A stretch of 64,000 nucleotides of DNA from Candidatus Eiseniibacteriota bacterium (GTDB taxonomy: Bacteria > Eisenbacteria > RBG-16-71-46 > CAIMUX01 > VGJL01), in contig CAWBWI010000003.1 of NCBI GenBank assembly GCA_963792585.1, forward strand, positions 704,001 to 768,000, given 5' to 3'. This document shows, in pieces, positions 48,308 through 57,515 of this stretch. Numbering within the stretch: the first letter of the stretch is position 1; every line of letters begins with the position of its first letter. Below the pieces are notes generated by a model. The model was given only the letters and a program-made list of their open reading frames with translations. It did no database searches and was not told where the DNA came from. A program made the position numbers and the translations under genes.

Positions 48308-49870
48308 TCAATCCAGCAGCACGACCTTTGCCGAAGCGGCGCCGGCCGCCTCCGGCCGCACGAAGTAGACGCCGCGCGGTAGGGCGCGGCCGGCCGCATC
48401 GTTGCCGTCCCATCGGAACTCGATCACATCGCGCGTCCCGTCGCCGATCGGATCGAGGCGCTTGATCCTCTGGCCTCCCGCGGCATACAGCTCGAGCGCG
48501 CTCGCGCCGCGGTCCGCGCGCGCACGCGTCCAGACGATCCGCGCGCCGCGTCCTCCGAAAGATGGCAGCACACGGAGCGCGTCTTCGACCGGTGCAGATT
48601 CGCCACCAATCCCGCCACTCGCCTCTTGCTTGAAGCGGCCGATCAGGAGTCCGCCGTTGATCTCCGAGGCGATGAAGATCCCCGAGGGGAAGAAGGGGTC
48701 CATGAAGCAGATCCCGTAGCACGTGCCCGTCGGCCCGTCGGTCGGATCACAGCATGGATCCGCAGGGCGGCTTCCCCAGCGGGTCGGGTGCTCGTACTTG
48801 CCCACCCACTCGGGGTGATAGGGATCGGTAAGGTCGTAGACCTGGATCCCCTTATTGAACCAGGCGCAGTAGCCGAAACGCCCGTTGACGTAGATGTTGT
48901 GGATGCTGTGACAGGTCTCATCGGCCCAGATCTCCGAGATCTGCGTCGGAAACTGGAGGTTCGCGATGTTCCAGATCCGGACGTGGCCGTCCTGCTTCTC
49001 GTCGCAGGTCGTCAGGAAGCGGGGATCGTCCAGGGGCCAGGCGGAGTGGGCGTGCAACTCCGGCCCGTTGTGGTGGAAGCTGGAGATCATCGCCGGCCGC
49101 ACGCCATCGCCGCAAGGTCCGGGGTCAGTAGGGCAGAGGGGGTCTCCATCTAGGATGTCCCATCGAGGCGGAAGCGTCTCTCCGAAGCGCGAGCGGGAGA
49201 CGTACATGATCCCGCCCCGCACGAAGACATCGTGGGCGTAACCGCTCGCCCCCGGTATGGGTCGCGTGTGCTCATGGCATAGCCAGCGGGGACGGATTGG
49301 ATCCGTTGCGATATCGTACATGTGGATCCCGCCACCGCAGGCGATGCCGGTCACGTACAGGATGCCGCGTTCATCGATGAAGAGGGTCTCGATCTCCGCG
49401 TCGTCGACGTTCGTGCATGGATGGTTGCACGAGCATGCGCAGAACTCGCTACGAGGAATCTCCCCGCGTACCACGGCGTGATATGGATCAGTCAGGTCGA
49501 TGATCTTGATCGGCCCGTGGCGCCCGGCCGCGTAGCAATAGACTCCCCGGACGGCGACGTCGACATAGGGATTCACATCGTTGACAAGAACGCGCGGAAT
49601 CGTCGATGCCCGCATGGGGTGGGAAGGATCGGCCAGATCGATCACATAGACCGAGTCGGCGCCCAGGATCGCGAATTCATGGCCGGTCGGATCGACGTAG
49701 GCGGCGCAGTCCCAGATCCCCACCCCCGGAGGGGAGTTCACAGGGTAGGCGCCCAGGATCGTCACGAAGAGGCTCTCCGCCCCAGCAGGATTCCACGGAG
49801 CGGCGCCCGCGGGAGACGCCACGAGTGTGAGGATCCATAGGCCCGCGGCTCGGAGCAGCTTGGATTTCAT
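48308..49870 (-). CDS. Secreted LVIVD-repeat / choice-of-anchor-B-like protein with FlgD-like C-terminal tail
   Basis: Signal peptide; VIDLADPSHP, IIDLTDPYH, YAHD, HAHSAW, SIHN; tail WDGNDAAGRALPRGVYFVR. Confidence 0.8.
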   Translation of the reverse strand: MKSKLLRAAGLWILTLVASPAGAAPWNPAGAESLFVTILGAYPVNSPPGVGIWDCAAYVDPTGHEFAILGADSVYVIDLADPSHPMRASTIPRVLVNDVNPYVDVAVRGVYCYAAGRHGPIKIIDLTDPYHAVVRGEIPRSEFCACSCNHPCTNVDDAEIETLFIDERGILYVTGIACGGGIHMYDIATDPIRPRWLCHEHTRPIPGASGYAHDVFVRGGIMYVSRSRFGETLPPRWDILDGDPLCPTDPGPCGDGVRPAMISSFHHNGPELHAHSAWPLDDPRFLTTCDEKQDGHVRIWNIANLQFPTQISEIWADETCHSIHNIYVNGRFGYCAWFNKGIQVYDLTDPYHPEWVGKYEHPTRWGSRPADPCCDPTDGPTGTCYGICFMDPFFPSGIFIASEINGGLLIGRFKQEASGGIGGESAPVEDALRVLPSFGGRGARIVWTRARADRGASALELYAAGGQRIKRLDPIGDGTRDVIEFRWDGNDAAGRALPRGVYFVRPEAAGAASAKVVLLD

Positions 49871-49942
49871 ACGTCCACCTCTGCCCCTCATGATCGACCG
49901 CTCCGGCATCGGAACGAATCGGATTCTCGTTGGACCCGACCG

Positions 49943-50512
49943 CTATCGGATCAGTTTCACCCACGCCTTGAACGGATCGGTCGCGCAGTACTCGAGCATC
50001 TCGAAGACGACGGTCTCCACGCTGGTGATCTTCGCCCCCTCGGTCCCCATCCTCTGCAGGGCGATGTCGCGGTTGACGGGGGAGCGGGAGGAAACGGCGT
50101 CGGCGGCGATCTCGACGTGGAATCCCGCTTCGAGCAAGTGGAGGGCGGTCTGATGGACGCACACGTGCGTCTCGATTCCGCAGAGGATGACCTGCCGCCG
50201 TCCAAGTTCCTCGATCATGTTGCGGAACGGGTCGTCCAGCATGCAGGAGAACGACATCTTCTCGTAAGGCGAGAAGGGATGGACTCTCCCCTTCGTCGGC
50301 TCCGCTTCGGCCACGGCTTCTTGAATCCTCGGATCGGTCTCGCCGAGTCCCTTGCGGTACTGCTCGGTGACCAGGACCGGCGCCCCGACCAGCCGGAAGC
50401 CCCTCACCAATCGGCAGATCTGCCCGACTACGGCCTCCGCTTCGAAGATGGAGGGGAGGAGCCGGGTCTGAACGTCCACCACCACCAGAACGGCCTTCTC
50501 CTTGTGCAACAT
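49943..50512 (-). CDS. Isochorismatase-family cysteine hydrolase
   Basis: VVDVQ, TEQY, KMSFSC, GIETHVCVHQT, DAVSSR. Confidence 0.9.
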   Translation of the reverse strand: MLHKEKAVLVVVDVQTRLLPSIFEAEAVVGQICRLVRGFRLVGAPVLVTEQYRKGLGETDPRIQEAVAEAEPTKGRVHPFSPYEKMSFSCMLDDPFRNMIEELGRRQVILCGIETHVCVHQTALHLLEAGFHVEIAADAVSSRSPVNRDIALQRMGTEGAKITSVETVVFEMLEYCATDPFKAWVKLIR

Positions 50513-50657
50513 CGGTGCCCTCCTGAACGGCCAAGGATACCATGTCCCCCTGGTCCGCCGCCTTCCGGTTGGGGTATGCTCCCAAGTAACTTCAGAATCA
50601 GACGGGGGCGGCAAGCCCGCCCGATCACCACGGTACATGTGGAAAGGAGACCGAAGG

Positions 50658-51173
50658 ATGAGTGTCCGTCCTGGCCAGATGGCACCCGATTTCAAGATGC
50701 AGGCGCTCGTAGGGACCGAGTTCAAGGACATTTCCCTGGCCGACTATCGCGGCAAGTGGGTCGTCCTGTTCTTCTACCCGCTCGACTTCACGTTCGTCTG
50801 CCCGACCGAAGTCACCGAGATCAGCCGCCGCCACAACGAGTTCACCGCGATGAACGCGGTCGTCCTCGGCGGAAGCACGGACAGCGTCTACTCGCACAAG
50901 GCCTGGACGAAGGAGATCGGACCGATCAACTACCCGCTCTTCGCCGACCTGACCCGCGATACCTGCCGCCGCTACGGCGTTCTGGTCGAGGAGAAGGGGA
51001 CCGCGTTGCGCGGCACGTTCATCATCGATCCGGAAGGCAAGCTCCGGTGGTCCTGCATCCACGACACCGGCATCGGCCGCAGTGTCGATGAGATCATCCG
51101 TGCGCTGCAGGCGTTGCAGACGGGCGAGCTCTGTCCGGTGAACTGGAAGCCGGGGGAGAAGACGCTCTCGTAG
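50658..51173 (+). CDS. ahpC: Typical 2-Cys peroxiredoxin
   Basis: FYPLDFTFVCPTE, RGTFIIDPEG, GELCPVNW; AAGGAG RBS. Confidence 0.93.
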   Translation: MSVRPGQMAPDFKMQALVGTEFKDISLADYRGKWVVLFFYPLDFTFVCPTEVTEISRRHNEFTAMNAVVLGGSTDSVYSHKAWTKEIGPINYPLFADLTRDTCRRYGVLVEEKGTALRGTFIIDPEGKLRWSCIHDTGIGRSVDEIIRALQALQTGELCPVNWKPGEKTLS

Positions 51174-51220
51174 GTTCCGGGGAGACCCGTGAGACCGCGG
51201 ATTTTGGTGCCTTCTGCGGG

Positions 51221-51300
51221 AAGATCGACATCAAGCGAAGCTCGGCATCGAATCAAGATCGGCATCGGACCGAGATCGACATCGAACCGACATCGAGACC
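51221..51300. repeat. Imperfect 17-bp tandem repeat, 4 copies plus a partial copy
   Basis: AAGATCGACATCAAGCG / AAGCTCGGCATCGAATC / AAGATCGGCATCGGACC / GAGATCGACATCGAACC / GACATCGAGACC. Confidence 0.75.
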
Positions 51301-51338
51301 AAGCAAAGAGAGGGAGCCCCGGATCGGGACTCCCTCTC
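51301..51338 (-). terminator. Rho-independent terminator of the RRM gene
   Basis: Minus strand GAGAGGGAGTCCC-GATCC-GGGGCTCCCTCTC followed by TTTGCTT. Confidence 0.75.
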
Positions 51339-51365
51339 GCGCATTCAGCGCTGCGTGTCGGGTTC

Positions 51366-51695
51366 TTAGAACCTGCGACCGCCGCCGCCGCCGCCGCGGT
51401 TGCCACCGCCGCCGCCACCGTAGCCACCGCCGCCGCCCGTGCGGTTCTCTTGCGGCTTGGCCTCGTTGACGATCAGGGTACGGCCGTTCATCTGCGAGTT
51501 GTTCAGCGAGGAGATCGCGCTCTGCGCCTCGGCCGCCGAGCTCATCTCGACGAAGCCGAATCCGCGCGACTGACCGGTGAACTTGTCGGTGATGACGCGC
51601 GCCGACTCAACCGTACCGTGCGCCGCGAACATCTCGGCGAGATCCTGCTCGGTAACGGAATACGGCAACCCACCCACGTAGATCTTCGAACCCAT
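51366..51695 (-). CDS. RRM RNA-binding protein with Gly-rich tail
   Basis: KIYVGGL (RNP2), RGFGFVEM (RNP1), VNEAKP; AAGGAGG RBS. Confidence 0.95.
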   Translation of the reverse strand: MGSKIYVGGLPYSVTEQDLAEMFAAHGTVESARVITDKFTGQSRGFGFVEMSSAAEAQSAISSLNNSQMNGRTLIVNEAKPQENRTGGGGGYGGGGGGNRGGGGGGRRF

Positions 51696-51878
51696 CGGGT
51701 TCCTCCTTGGATAGGACATTGTCTTGGACGCTGGGAAGGAAGAAGGGAGAATGGGCCGAAGGCGCGATAACAAGGCGACTTGGGTCAGTTTCCGATCCGG
51801 ATCCCGGGACAAAACAATATCGGACATTGGGTCGATGTGACGGTCTTCGGGGTCCGACCCAGACCACGAAGCTGCTCC

Positions 51879-51907
51879 AACCTAGCAATCAAGTTGAAAA
51901 AGCGCAA
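51879..51907 (-). promoter_or_regulatory. Putative sigma70 promoter of the RRM gene
   Basis: Minus strand TTGCGC-N17-TAGGTT with TGn extension. Confidence 0.55.
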
Positions 51908-52566
51908 GGGGAGAGATCGTCGCGCCCGCCGTTGATGTCCTAAGTCGTAATCCTTGTGGCTGTTAGAGGATCTGTGCGATTCGTGGATGCACCTGGGGAT
52001 CGCCGAGAGCCCAGGATTCATATGTGTTAATGGTCAGGGAAGGATCGTCTCATCTGGATCGCCGTGGGCCCACTGGTGCTCAGGATCGAGATCTACCCGG
52101 CTCGAGGGGGACATTCTAGGTTCGGTAGATCGAAGGAATGGGGCGCGCGGCGCGCGCCCTCCTGGCCCCGCGCTGGCGCGCGGTGGATTCGGTTGCCGGC
52201 CGTCGCGGCTGGATGGGCCGGAGATCGGCTCCGTGAGGGGCGAGTGCACCTGTGCTACGCAGGAGCCCGCAAAGCTACCGGTGGCGCGAGGAGCGCCATG
52301 ATGGGCGTCGCTGCGTTCCGGGCGTGGAGGGGTCTGATGCACATCGGCCCGAAGAGACCCGCGAAGCGCCCGCGGGAACGCTGAGTCGACGGGACGATGG
52401 ATTCTCATGCTGTCCCCGCTGCTGGGGATTCCGTCGGAAGGCGTTTCCTCGCAGCAGCGCGTGTTCTCGCCCGCAATCGCGGTCGCCGCTTCTCCGCGAA
52501 AAAGTGTCGGGTCATGGAACTTTTCTCTTGCGCGACCGTACATTTGTATGGTATTCATAGAAACCC

Positions 52567-55101
52567 ATGTCAATCGATGGAAGCACATCGCCGGGCGAGG
52601 AGCAGTCGCGCGGCGCGGAGGAGTCACGGGGAGCGACGGACTCGCGTGACCCGGTGGAATCGCGTGGCGAGGAAGACTCGCGCGATGCGGTCGAAGCGCG
52701 TGGTGGGGAGGACGGGATCGATATGAGGGAGTCGCTTGGCGACGTCGACCCTCTCGAAGCGGCAGAGGTGCGTGCCTGGGAGGACTGGCTCGACTCGCTG
52801 GAATCGGGCGACGGGACGAGATCGCGCGACGAACGGAAGTCCCGGGCCGGCAAACGATCGGGCGACGCGAAGCGGTCGTCGACGGCGAAGGGATCGCGTG
52901 CGGGCAACAGATCGACGGACATGAAGCGATCGCACGATGAGAAACACCCGCGCGGCGCCAGGAAGTCCCGGCGCGCGGACCGCAAGAACCCGGCGGCCTC
53001 TTCCACCGGTACCGAGCCTCGTCAGCGTCTTGGCACGCCGCTGACCGAGCTCGGTCTCCTCGCCGAAGAGACGCTCGCCCTGGCGATCGCCACGCGGGCG
53101 ACCGAAGCGCAACTCCTGCGCGCCCAGGCCTCCCTCCTGGCCTGGCTCGCCGAAGGCAATCGGGTCGAACAATGCGGCTTCGCATCCCTGAGCAGCCTCG
53201 CCCTCGAGGTGGTGGGAATCCGCCCGCGCACGGTGCGCGAGCGCCTCGCGCTGCACCGCATCTTCCTGCGCCATCCGGCGATGGAGCGCGCGTTCCTGGC
53301 CGGGAAGATGACGGCCTGTCAGGCGCTCGCCGTCGCGCCCTTCCTGGCGGAATGGGAGGCCGCCATGGCCGAGGCGGCCGCATCAGCGGCTTCGGCCGCG
53401 GACGCGACCGGGGCGGCTGCTTCGGATACGGACGCGACCGGGGCAACGAGCCCTGCCCCGGAGGGGACACGCCCCCATCCCCACCCCCATCCTGACCCCG
53501 ACTTCGACTGGGCATCGGCAACCTCCCGCCTCTCCGTCCGGGAACTGCGGTTCCAGGCGCGCCAGGTCCTGAAGGAGACGTCGGAACGCGATCAGGCCCG
53601 CCACCGGGAGGAACACCCGGATGAGCCCGAGGGGCGCACGATCTCCTTCACGGCGCCCGCGGGCTTCCAGGTGGTCTTCGAACAGATGATGGAGCTCGCG
53701 CGCAAGGTGCTCGGGCGCGATGCTCCGATCTACGAGTGCTTCGAGGCCATGCTGCTGGAGACCGACTGGCTGGGGATCGGTCCGCAACAGGAGCCGCTGC
53801 GGTATCCCGAGCGGCGGTCGATTCCGATCATTCCCCGGGACAACGTCCCGCACCGGGAGGAAGCGATCGCCCATGCCCGGGAGACGCTCACCCAGGTGCG
53901 GGCCTACATCAAGGACGTGGCCGATCTGATCGAGCCTCACGAGCCGAAGTCCCCCCACGATGCGCTCTCCTCGCTCCGGCAGATCCACCTCCTGCGGGCC
54001 CCGCAGAAGGTCCTCTTCGCCCGCCTGCTGCGGGATCTGAGGCGCACCCAGGCGATGGACCTGCTCGGCTACCGCTCGATGGCCGAGCTGGTGGAGGACC
54101 GCCTGCGCCTCTCCGAGCGCTCGGCGCGTAACCGGGTGGCCGAGTCGCTGCTCTTCGAGAGCGACGAGGAGATTGCCAGAGCATTCGCGGCGGGGGAGAT
54201 CTCGATCATGCAGGCGCACCTGATCCGACGGCTGTCCTCCTCGTTCTCCCGCCGGCCGTTCGTCGCGCGGGCGCGGGAGGTGACCTGGCGGCAGTTCCAG
54301 CGCGAGTCCCGGTTGCTGGAGCTGCTGAGGAAATGCGATCTGGGGCGCGTGGCGGACAAACCGTTCCCGCAGGCGCGGGTGGAGGAGGCGTTGATCGCGG
54401 CCCTGGGAGGGGACCGGGAATCGATCGAGATCGCGCTCTTCCAGCACGGGATCCCGCCGCTGCCGCCGGATGGATCCGGCGATCCTGCCGAGAATCCGAT
54501 CCTCATGGATCGGTTGGAGATGCTGGTGCATCTGCTGGCGTTGCGGCAGTGGGACGACGTGCCGGCGACGGGAGATGCGGACCGGCAAACGTCCGCCGCT
54601 GCGAGGCGGGAGGTGACGGTCCGTTTCTGGGCGCCATTGACGGTTGCGGGAGATTTATCGAACGTAATGAACCGATATCGGAAACAGGAGCGGCCGTGGA
54701 TCCCGATGTGGGCTGCGATGACGGTGTTGTTCGCGCAGGTGACGGAGATCTGGGAGCAGCAGGACCCGGAGCGGCGTCCGGTGCGCTCGAAGATCCTGAA
54801 GCGGGACCACTATCGCTGTGTGATCCCGGGTTGCACGAGTCGCAGTCATCTGGAGACGAGCCACAACCGTCCCCGCTCGCAGGGGGGGACGAACGATGCG
54901 GAGAATCTCTCGGTGGTCTGTCATACGCACCATCACCGGGGGATCCATGCGGGGTACGTGGCGATCGGCGGGCGCGCGCCTTACGCGCTGCGGTTCGTGC
55001 TGGGTCTACGGCGGGAGGGTCCGCCTCTGTTGATCTACAAGGGCAACAGGCTGGTGAAGGGGCCGTTCGATGCGGCGCCGCGGGAGGGTGCTGAGGAATA
55101 G
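52567..55101 (+). CDS. DUF222-like protein with C-terminal HNH endonuclease
   Basis: RDHYRCVIPGC...SHNRPRSQGG...NLSVVCHTHH...H; two similar G(F/Y)xS...(V/L)..R segments; low-complexity N-terminus. Start uncertain. Confidence 0.82.
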   Translation: MSIDGSTSPGEEQSRGAEESRGATDSRDPVESRGEEDSRDAVEARGGEDGIDMRESLGDVDPLEAAEVRAWEDWLDSLESGDGTRSRDERKSRAGKRSGDAKRSSTAKGSRAGNRSTDMKRSHDEKHPRGARKSRRADRKNPAASSTGTEPRQRLGTPLTELGLLAEETLALAIATRATEAQLLRAQASLLAWLAEGNRVEQCGFASLSSLALEVVGIRPRTVRERLALHRIFLRHPAMERAFLAGKMTACQALAVAPFLAEWEAAMAEAAASAASAADATGAAASDTDATGATSPAPEGTRPHPHPHPDPDFDWASATSRLSVRELRFQARQVLKETSERDQARHREEHPDEPEGRTISFTAPAGFQVVFEQMMELARKVLGRDAPIYECFEAMLLETDWLGIGPQQEPLRYPERRSIPIIPRDNVPHREEAIAHARETLTQVRAYIKDVADLIEPHEPKSPHDALSSLRQIHLLRAPQKVLFARLLRDLRRTQAMDLLGYRSMAELVEDRLRLSERSARNRVAESLLFESDEEIARAFAAGEISIMQAHLIRRLSSSFSRRPFVARAREVTWRQFQRESRLLELLRKCDLGRVADKPFPQARVEEALIAALGGDRESIEIALFQHGIPPLPPDGSGDPAENPILMDRLEMLVHLLALRQWDDVPATGDADRQTSAAARREVTVRFWAPLTVAGDLSNVMNRYRKQERPWIPMWAAMTVLFAQVTEIWEQQDPERRPVRSKILKRDHYRCVIPGCTSRSHLETSHNRPRSQGGTNDAENLSVVCHTHHHRGIHAGYVAIGGRAPYALRFVLGLRREGPPLLIYKGNRLVKGPFDAAPREGAEE
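52588..52713 (+). repeat. Degenerate 18-bp coding tandem repeat (7 units, S-R-G/D-x-x-E/D)
   Basis: SPGEEQ SRGAEE SRGATD SRDPVE SRGEED SRDAVE ARGGED. Confidence 0.7.
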
Positions 55102-55326
55102 CGGGCGGGCCGCAAGAAAGTGGGCGGCGAACGTCGACAGAAACGCGATGGCGGGGAGACGGTCGACGCTTCCCGCCTGGTCGCGCTCGCGACTGCGTGT
55201 CCGGCTGCGTCGACTCCGTCGACGCCTCGATCGTCAGCCCTGCGGCCGTCGACATCGAATCCAGGGGCGGCGAACCGCTCCTAGGCTAGGCGCGTGTGTC
55301 CTCACAGAATGCGCGCGAGAGAGACG

Positions 55327-55788
55327 TTATTCAAACCGCCGCAGTCTCGCTGCCTCGCGAGGGGGCAACCCATCCAGCTCCAGCCACACGTAGCCTGCGG
55401 TCGGGATCGAGACCGCGCCGGAAACGCCTGGATCGAGCAGACGCGCGGCGAGTTCGCCCAGGTCGGGCATATGGCCGACGGCGATCAAGCAATCAGTCTT
55501 CTCCTCTGCCAGGGCAGCGAGGATCTGCGCCGTGTTCTTGTCACCGCGCAGTGACTCGATGGCCTTGGGGGGATCGACGGAAAGCTCGCGCGCGAGGATT
55601 CGGGCCGTCTCGAACGCCCGCACCTTCGGGCTCGCGACGATCCGGGGGTGGGGAAGGCTCAGATCGGCGAGGGTCCTGCCTGTTCGCGCCGCAGCTTGCT
55701 CACCCGCCGGCGTGAGGCACCGTTCCGCGTCAGTTTGCATGGCGCCGGCCGACGCGGCCTCGGCATGGCGAACGAGGATCAGGTCCAA
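55327..55788 (-). CDS. sixA: Phosphohistidine phosphatase
   Basis: LILVRHAEA, SPKVRAFETA, VGHMPDL. Confidence 0.85.
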   Translation of the reverse strand: MDLILVRHAEAASAGAMQTDAERCLTPAGEQAAARTGRTLADLSLPHPRIVASPKVRAFETARILARELSVDPPKAIESLRGDKNTAQILAALAEEKTDCLIAVGHMPDLGELAARLLDPGVSGAVSIPTAGYVWLELDGLPPREAARLRRFE

Positions 55789-57023
55789 GCTTGCGGCGCG
55801 ACCTTCTTGGGCGGCTCCGGGAAGGCCGTCCAGTAACGCTCCAAGATTCTCAGGAAGATCTCCGTGCCGATCTGCATCGCGTTCTCGTCGAAGTCGAAGT
55901 GGGGGCTGTGGTGCGCGTGAGATAGCCCCCGTCCTTCATCGCCCGCGCCCAGGAAGAAGAAGGCCCCGGGCACCTCGCGGAGGAAGTAGCTCATGTCCTC
56001 GCCGCCCATGGAGAGGAAGTTGCGAACGACGTTCTGCGGGCCGACGACCTCGGCCGCGATTCCTGCGACGAACTCGGCCATGGCGGGATCGTTCACCGTT
56101 GGGGGATAGTGATCGATCAAGCTGAACTCGCAGGTCGCCCCGAACGTGGCGCAGATCCCATCGGCCACCTCGCGCACACGACGAATCACGACCGCGCGCA
56201 CCTCGGGCTTGAAGGTGCGGATCGTTCCTCGCAGCTGTGCCGACTCGGCGAGTATGTTGAAGTTGCTTCCCGAGCTGAACATCCCGACGGAAACGACGGC
56301 GGTCTCGATCGGATCGGTGCTGCGCGCGACGACCGTCTGTAAGGCGACAACGATATGGCTCGCCACGACGACCGCGTCGATCGCCGTATGCGGGTAGGCG
56401 CCATGGCCGCCCTTCCCCCGGACGGTCAGCTCGAATTCGTCAGGCCCCGCCATCATCGGTCCCGACGCGATCAGGATCTTCCCCGTCGGCGCCGGGCTCC
56501 AGAGGTGGAGCCCAAAGGCCGCCTCGATCGGGGGATCGTTCAGGATCCCTTCCTGGATCATCGGGAGCGCGCCGCCCGGCCCTTCTTCCGCGGGCTGGAA
56601 TACGAAACGCACGCTGCCGGTAGGCGCGACGGCGCGCGCAAGGTGCGCCGTCTGGAGCAGGATCGACATGTGACCGTCGTGGCCGCAGGCGTGCATCGCC
56701 CCGGGGTTCTTCGACGCGTAGGGAGCGGGGTTCTCCTCATGGAGTGGAAGAGCATCCATGTCCGCGCGCATCATGATCGCCCGGCCGGATTCTGCGGATC
56801 CGCGCAGGAGGGCGCTTACACCGGTCTTGGCGATGCCCGTACGCAGTTCCGGATAATCCGGCCGTAAGAGTTCCGCGACGCGCGCCGCCGTACGTTCCTC
56901 CCGGAAGCCGGTCTCAGGGTTCTCATGAAACTCCCGGCGGATGCGCACCATCGGCTCCATTGCCGCGCGCACCTGGGCGCGTATCAGCATCGCGGCCGTC
57001 GGATCGACCCCCTTCGTCGTCAT
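55779..57023 (-). CDS. M20D amidohydrolase
   Basis: RREFHENPE, RADMDALP, MHACGHDGH, FQPAEEG, GGEDMS, HHSPHFD. Confidence 0.93.
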   Translation of the reverse strand: MTTKGVDPTAAMLIRAQVRAAMEPMVRIRREFHENPETGFREERTAARVAELLRPDYPELRTGIAKTGVSALLRGSAESGRAIMMRADMDALPLHEENPAPYASKNPGAMHACGHDGHMSILLQTAHLARAVAPTGSVRFVFQPAEEGPGGALPMIQEGILNDPPIEAAFGLHLWSPAPTGKILIASGPMMAGPDEFELTVRGKGGHGAYPHTAIDAVVVASHIVVALQTVVARSTDPIETAVVSVGMFSSGSNFNILAESAQLRGTIRTFKPEVRAVVIRRVREVADGICATFGATCEFSLIDHYPPTVNDPAMAEFVAGIAAEVVGPQNVVRNFLSMGGEDMSYFLREVPGAFFFLGAGDEGRGLSHAHHSPHFDFDENAMQIGTEIFLRILERYWTAFPEPPKKVAPQAWT

Positions 57024-57454
57024 ACCTCGCCCTCTTCCTCCTCCGCCTGCAGTTCTCGAATCGGACGGCGCCCCGAGAATCCGGATTCGATCTCATGCCA
57101 GAACGAAATCCGCTTCTCGCCGAGCTTCCAGCACAGGAACACGAGACGGTTCTTCTTGCGGCCGTAGAAGTCGACGAGTCCTTCGTTCAAGTCCTTCAGG
57201 ACACAACCGATTTTCTGCAACTCCTCGAGCCGTCCGTTGTATTCGGCGACGAGCGCCTGCAGATGCTGTCGGCGCGTCCCGAACTCGACGTGCTCCGGAC
57301 TGGCCGGGTTCTCGCCCCCGATCAGCGCCAGGACGCCGATCCGATCCTGGAGCTGGATGAGCTCGAGCGCCTTGCTGCGGATCTCGACGACCGCCTCGGT
57401 GACGACGGGCAAGACCCGGTTCGCTTCCTTCACGGTGAATACCTTGACGGCCAT
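57020..57454 (-). CDS. DUF2203 family protein
   Basis: FTVKEAN, LKDLNEGLVDF, LCWKLGE, GFSGRRP. Confidence 0.88.
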   Translation of the reverse strand: MAVKVFTVKEANRVLPVVTEAVVEIRSKALELIQLQDRIGVLALIGGENPASPEHVEFGTRRQHLQALVAEYNGRLEELQKIGCVLKDLNEGLVDFYGRKKNRLVFLCWKLGEKRISFWHEIESGFSGRRPIRELQAEEEEGEV

Positions 57455-57515
57455 GCGACCTCCTCCCGGCGCCCCCCGGGACCGAGCATTCTACCAGAGA
57501 GGTCGCCGGACGATG

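Noticed and set aside
51221..51300. Tandem repeat as a CRISPR array
   Set aside because: Units are contiguous 17-mers without spacers, and there are no cas genes.
51954..52560. Several short overlapping ORFs between the RRM and HNH genes
   Set aside because: No motifs or convincing RBS; probably non-coding.
55133..55253. Five GTCGAC hexamers after the HNH gene
   Set aside because: Irregular spacing, and TCGA-containing words are common throughout this window.
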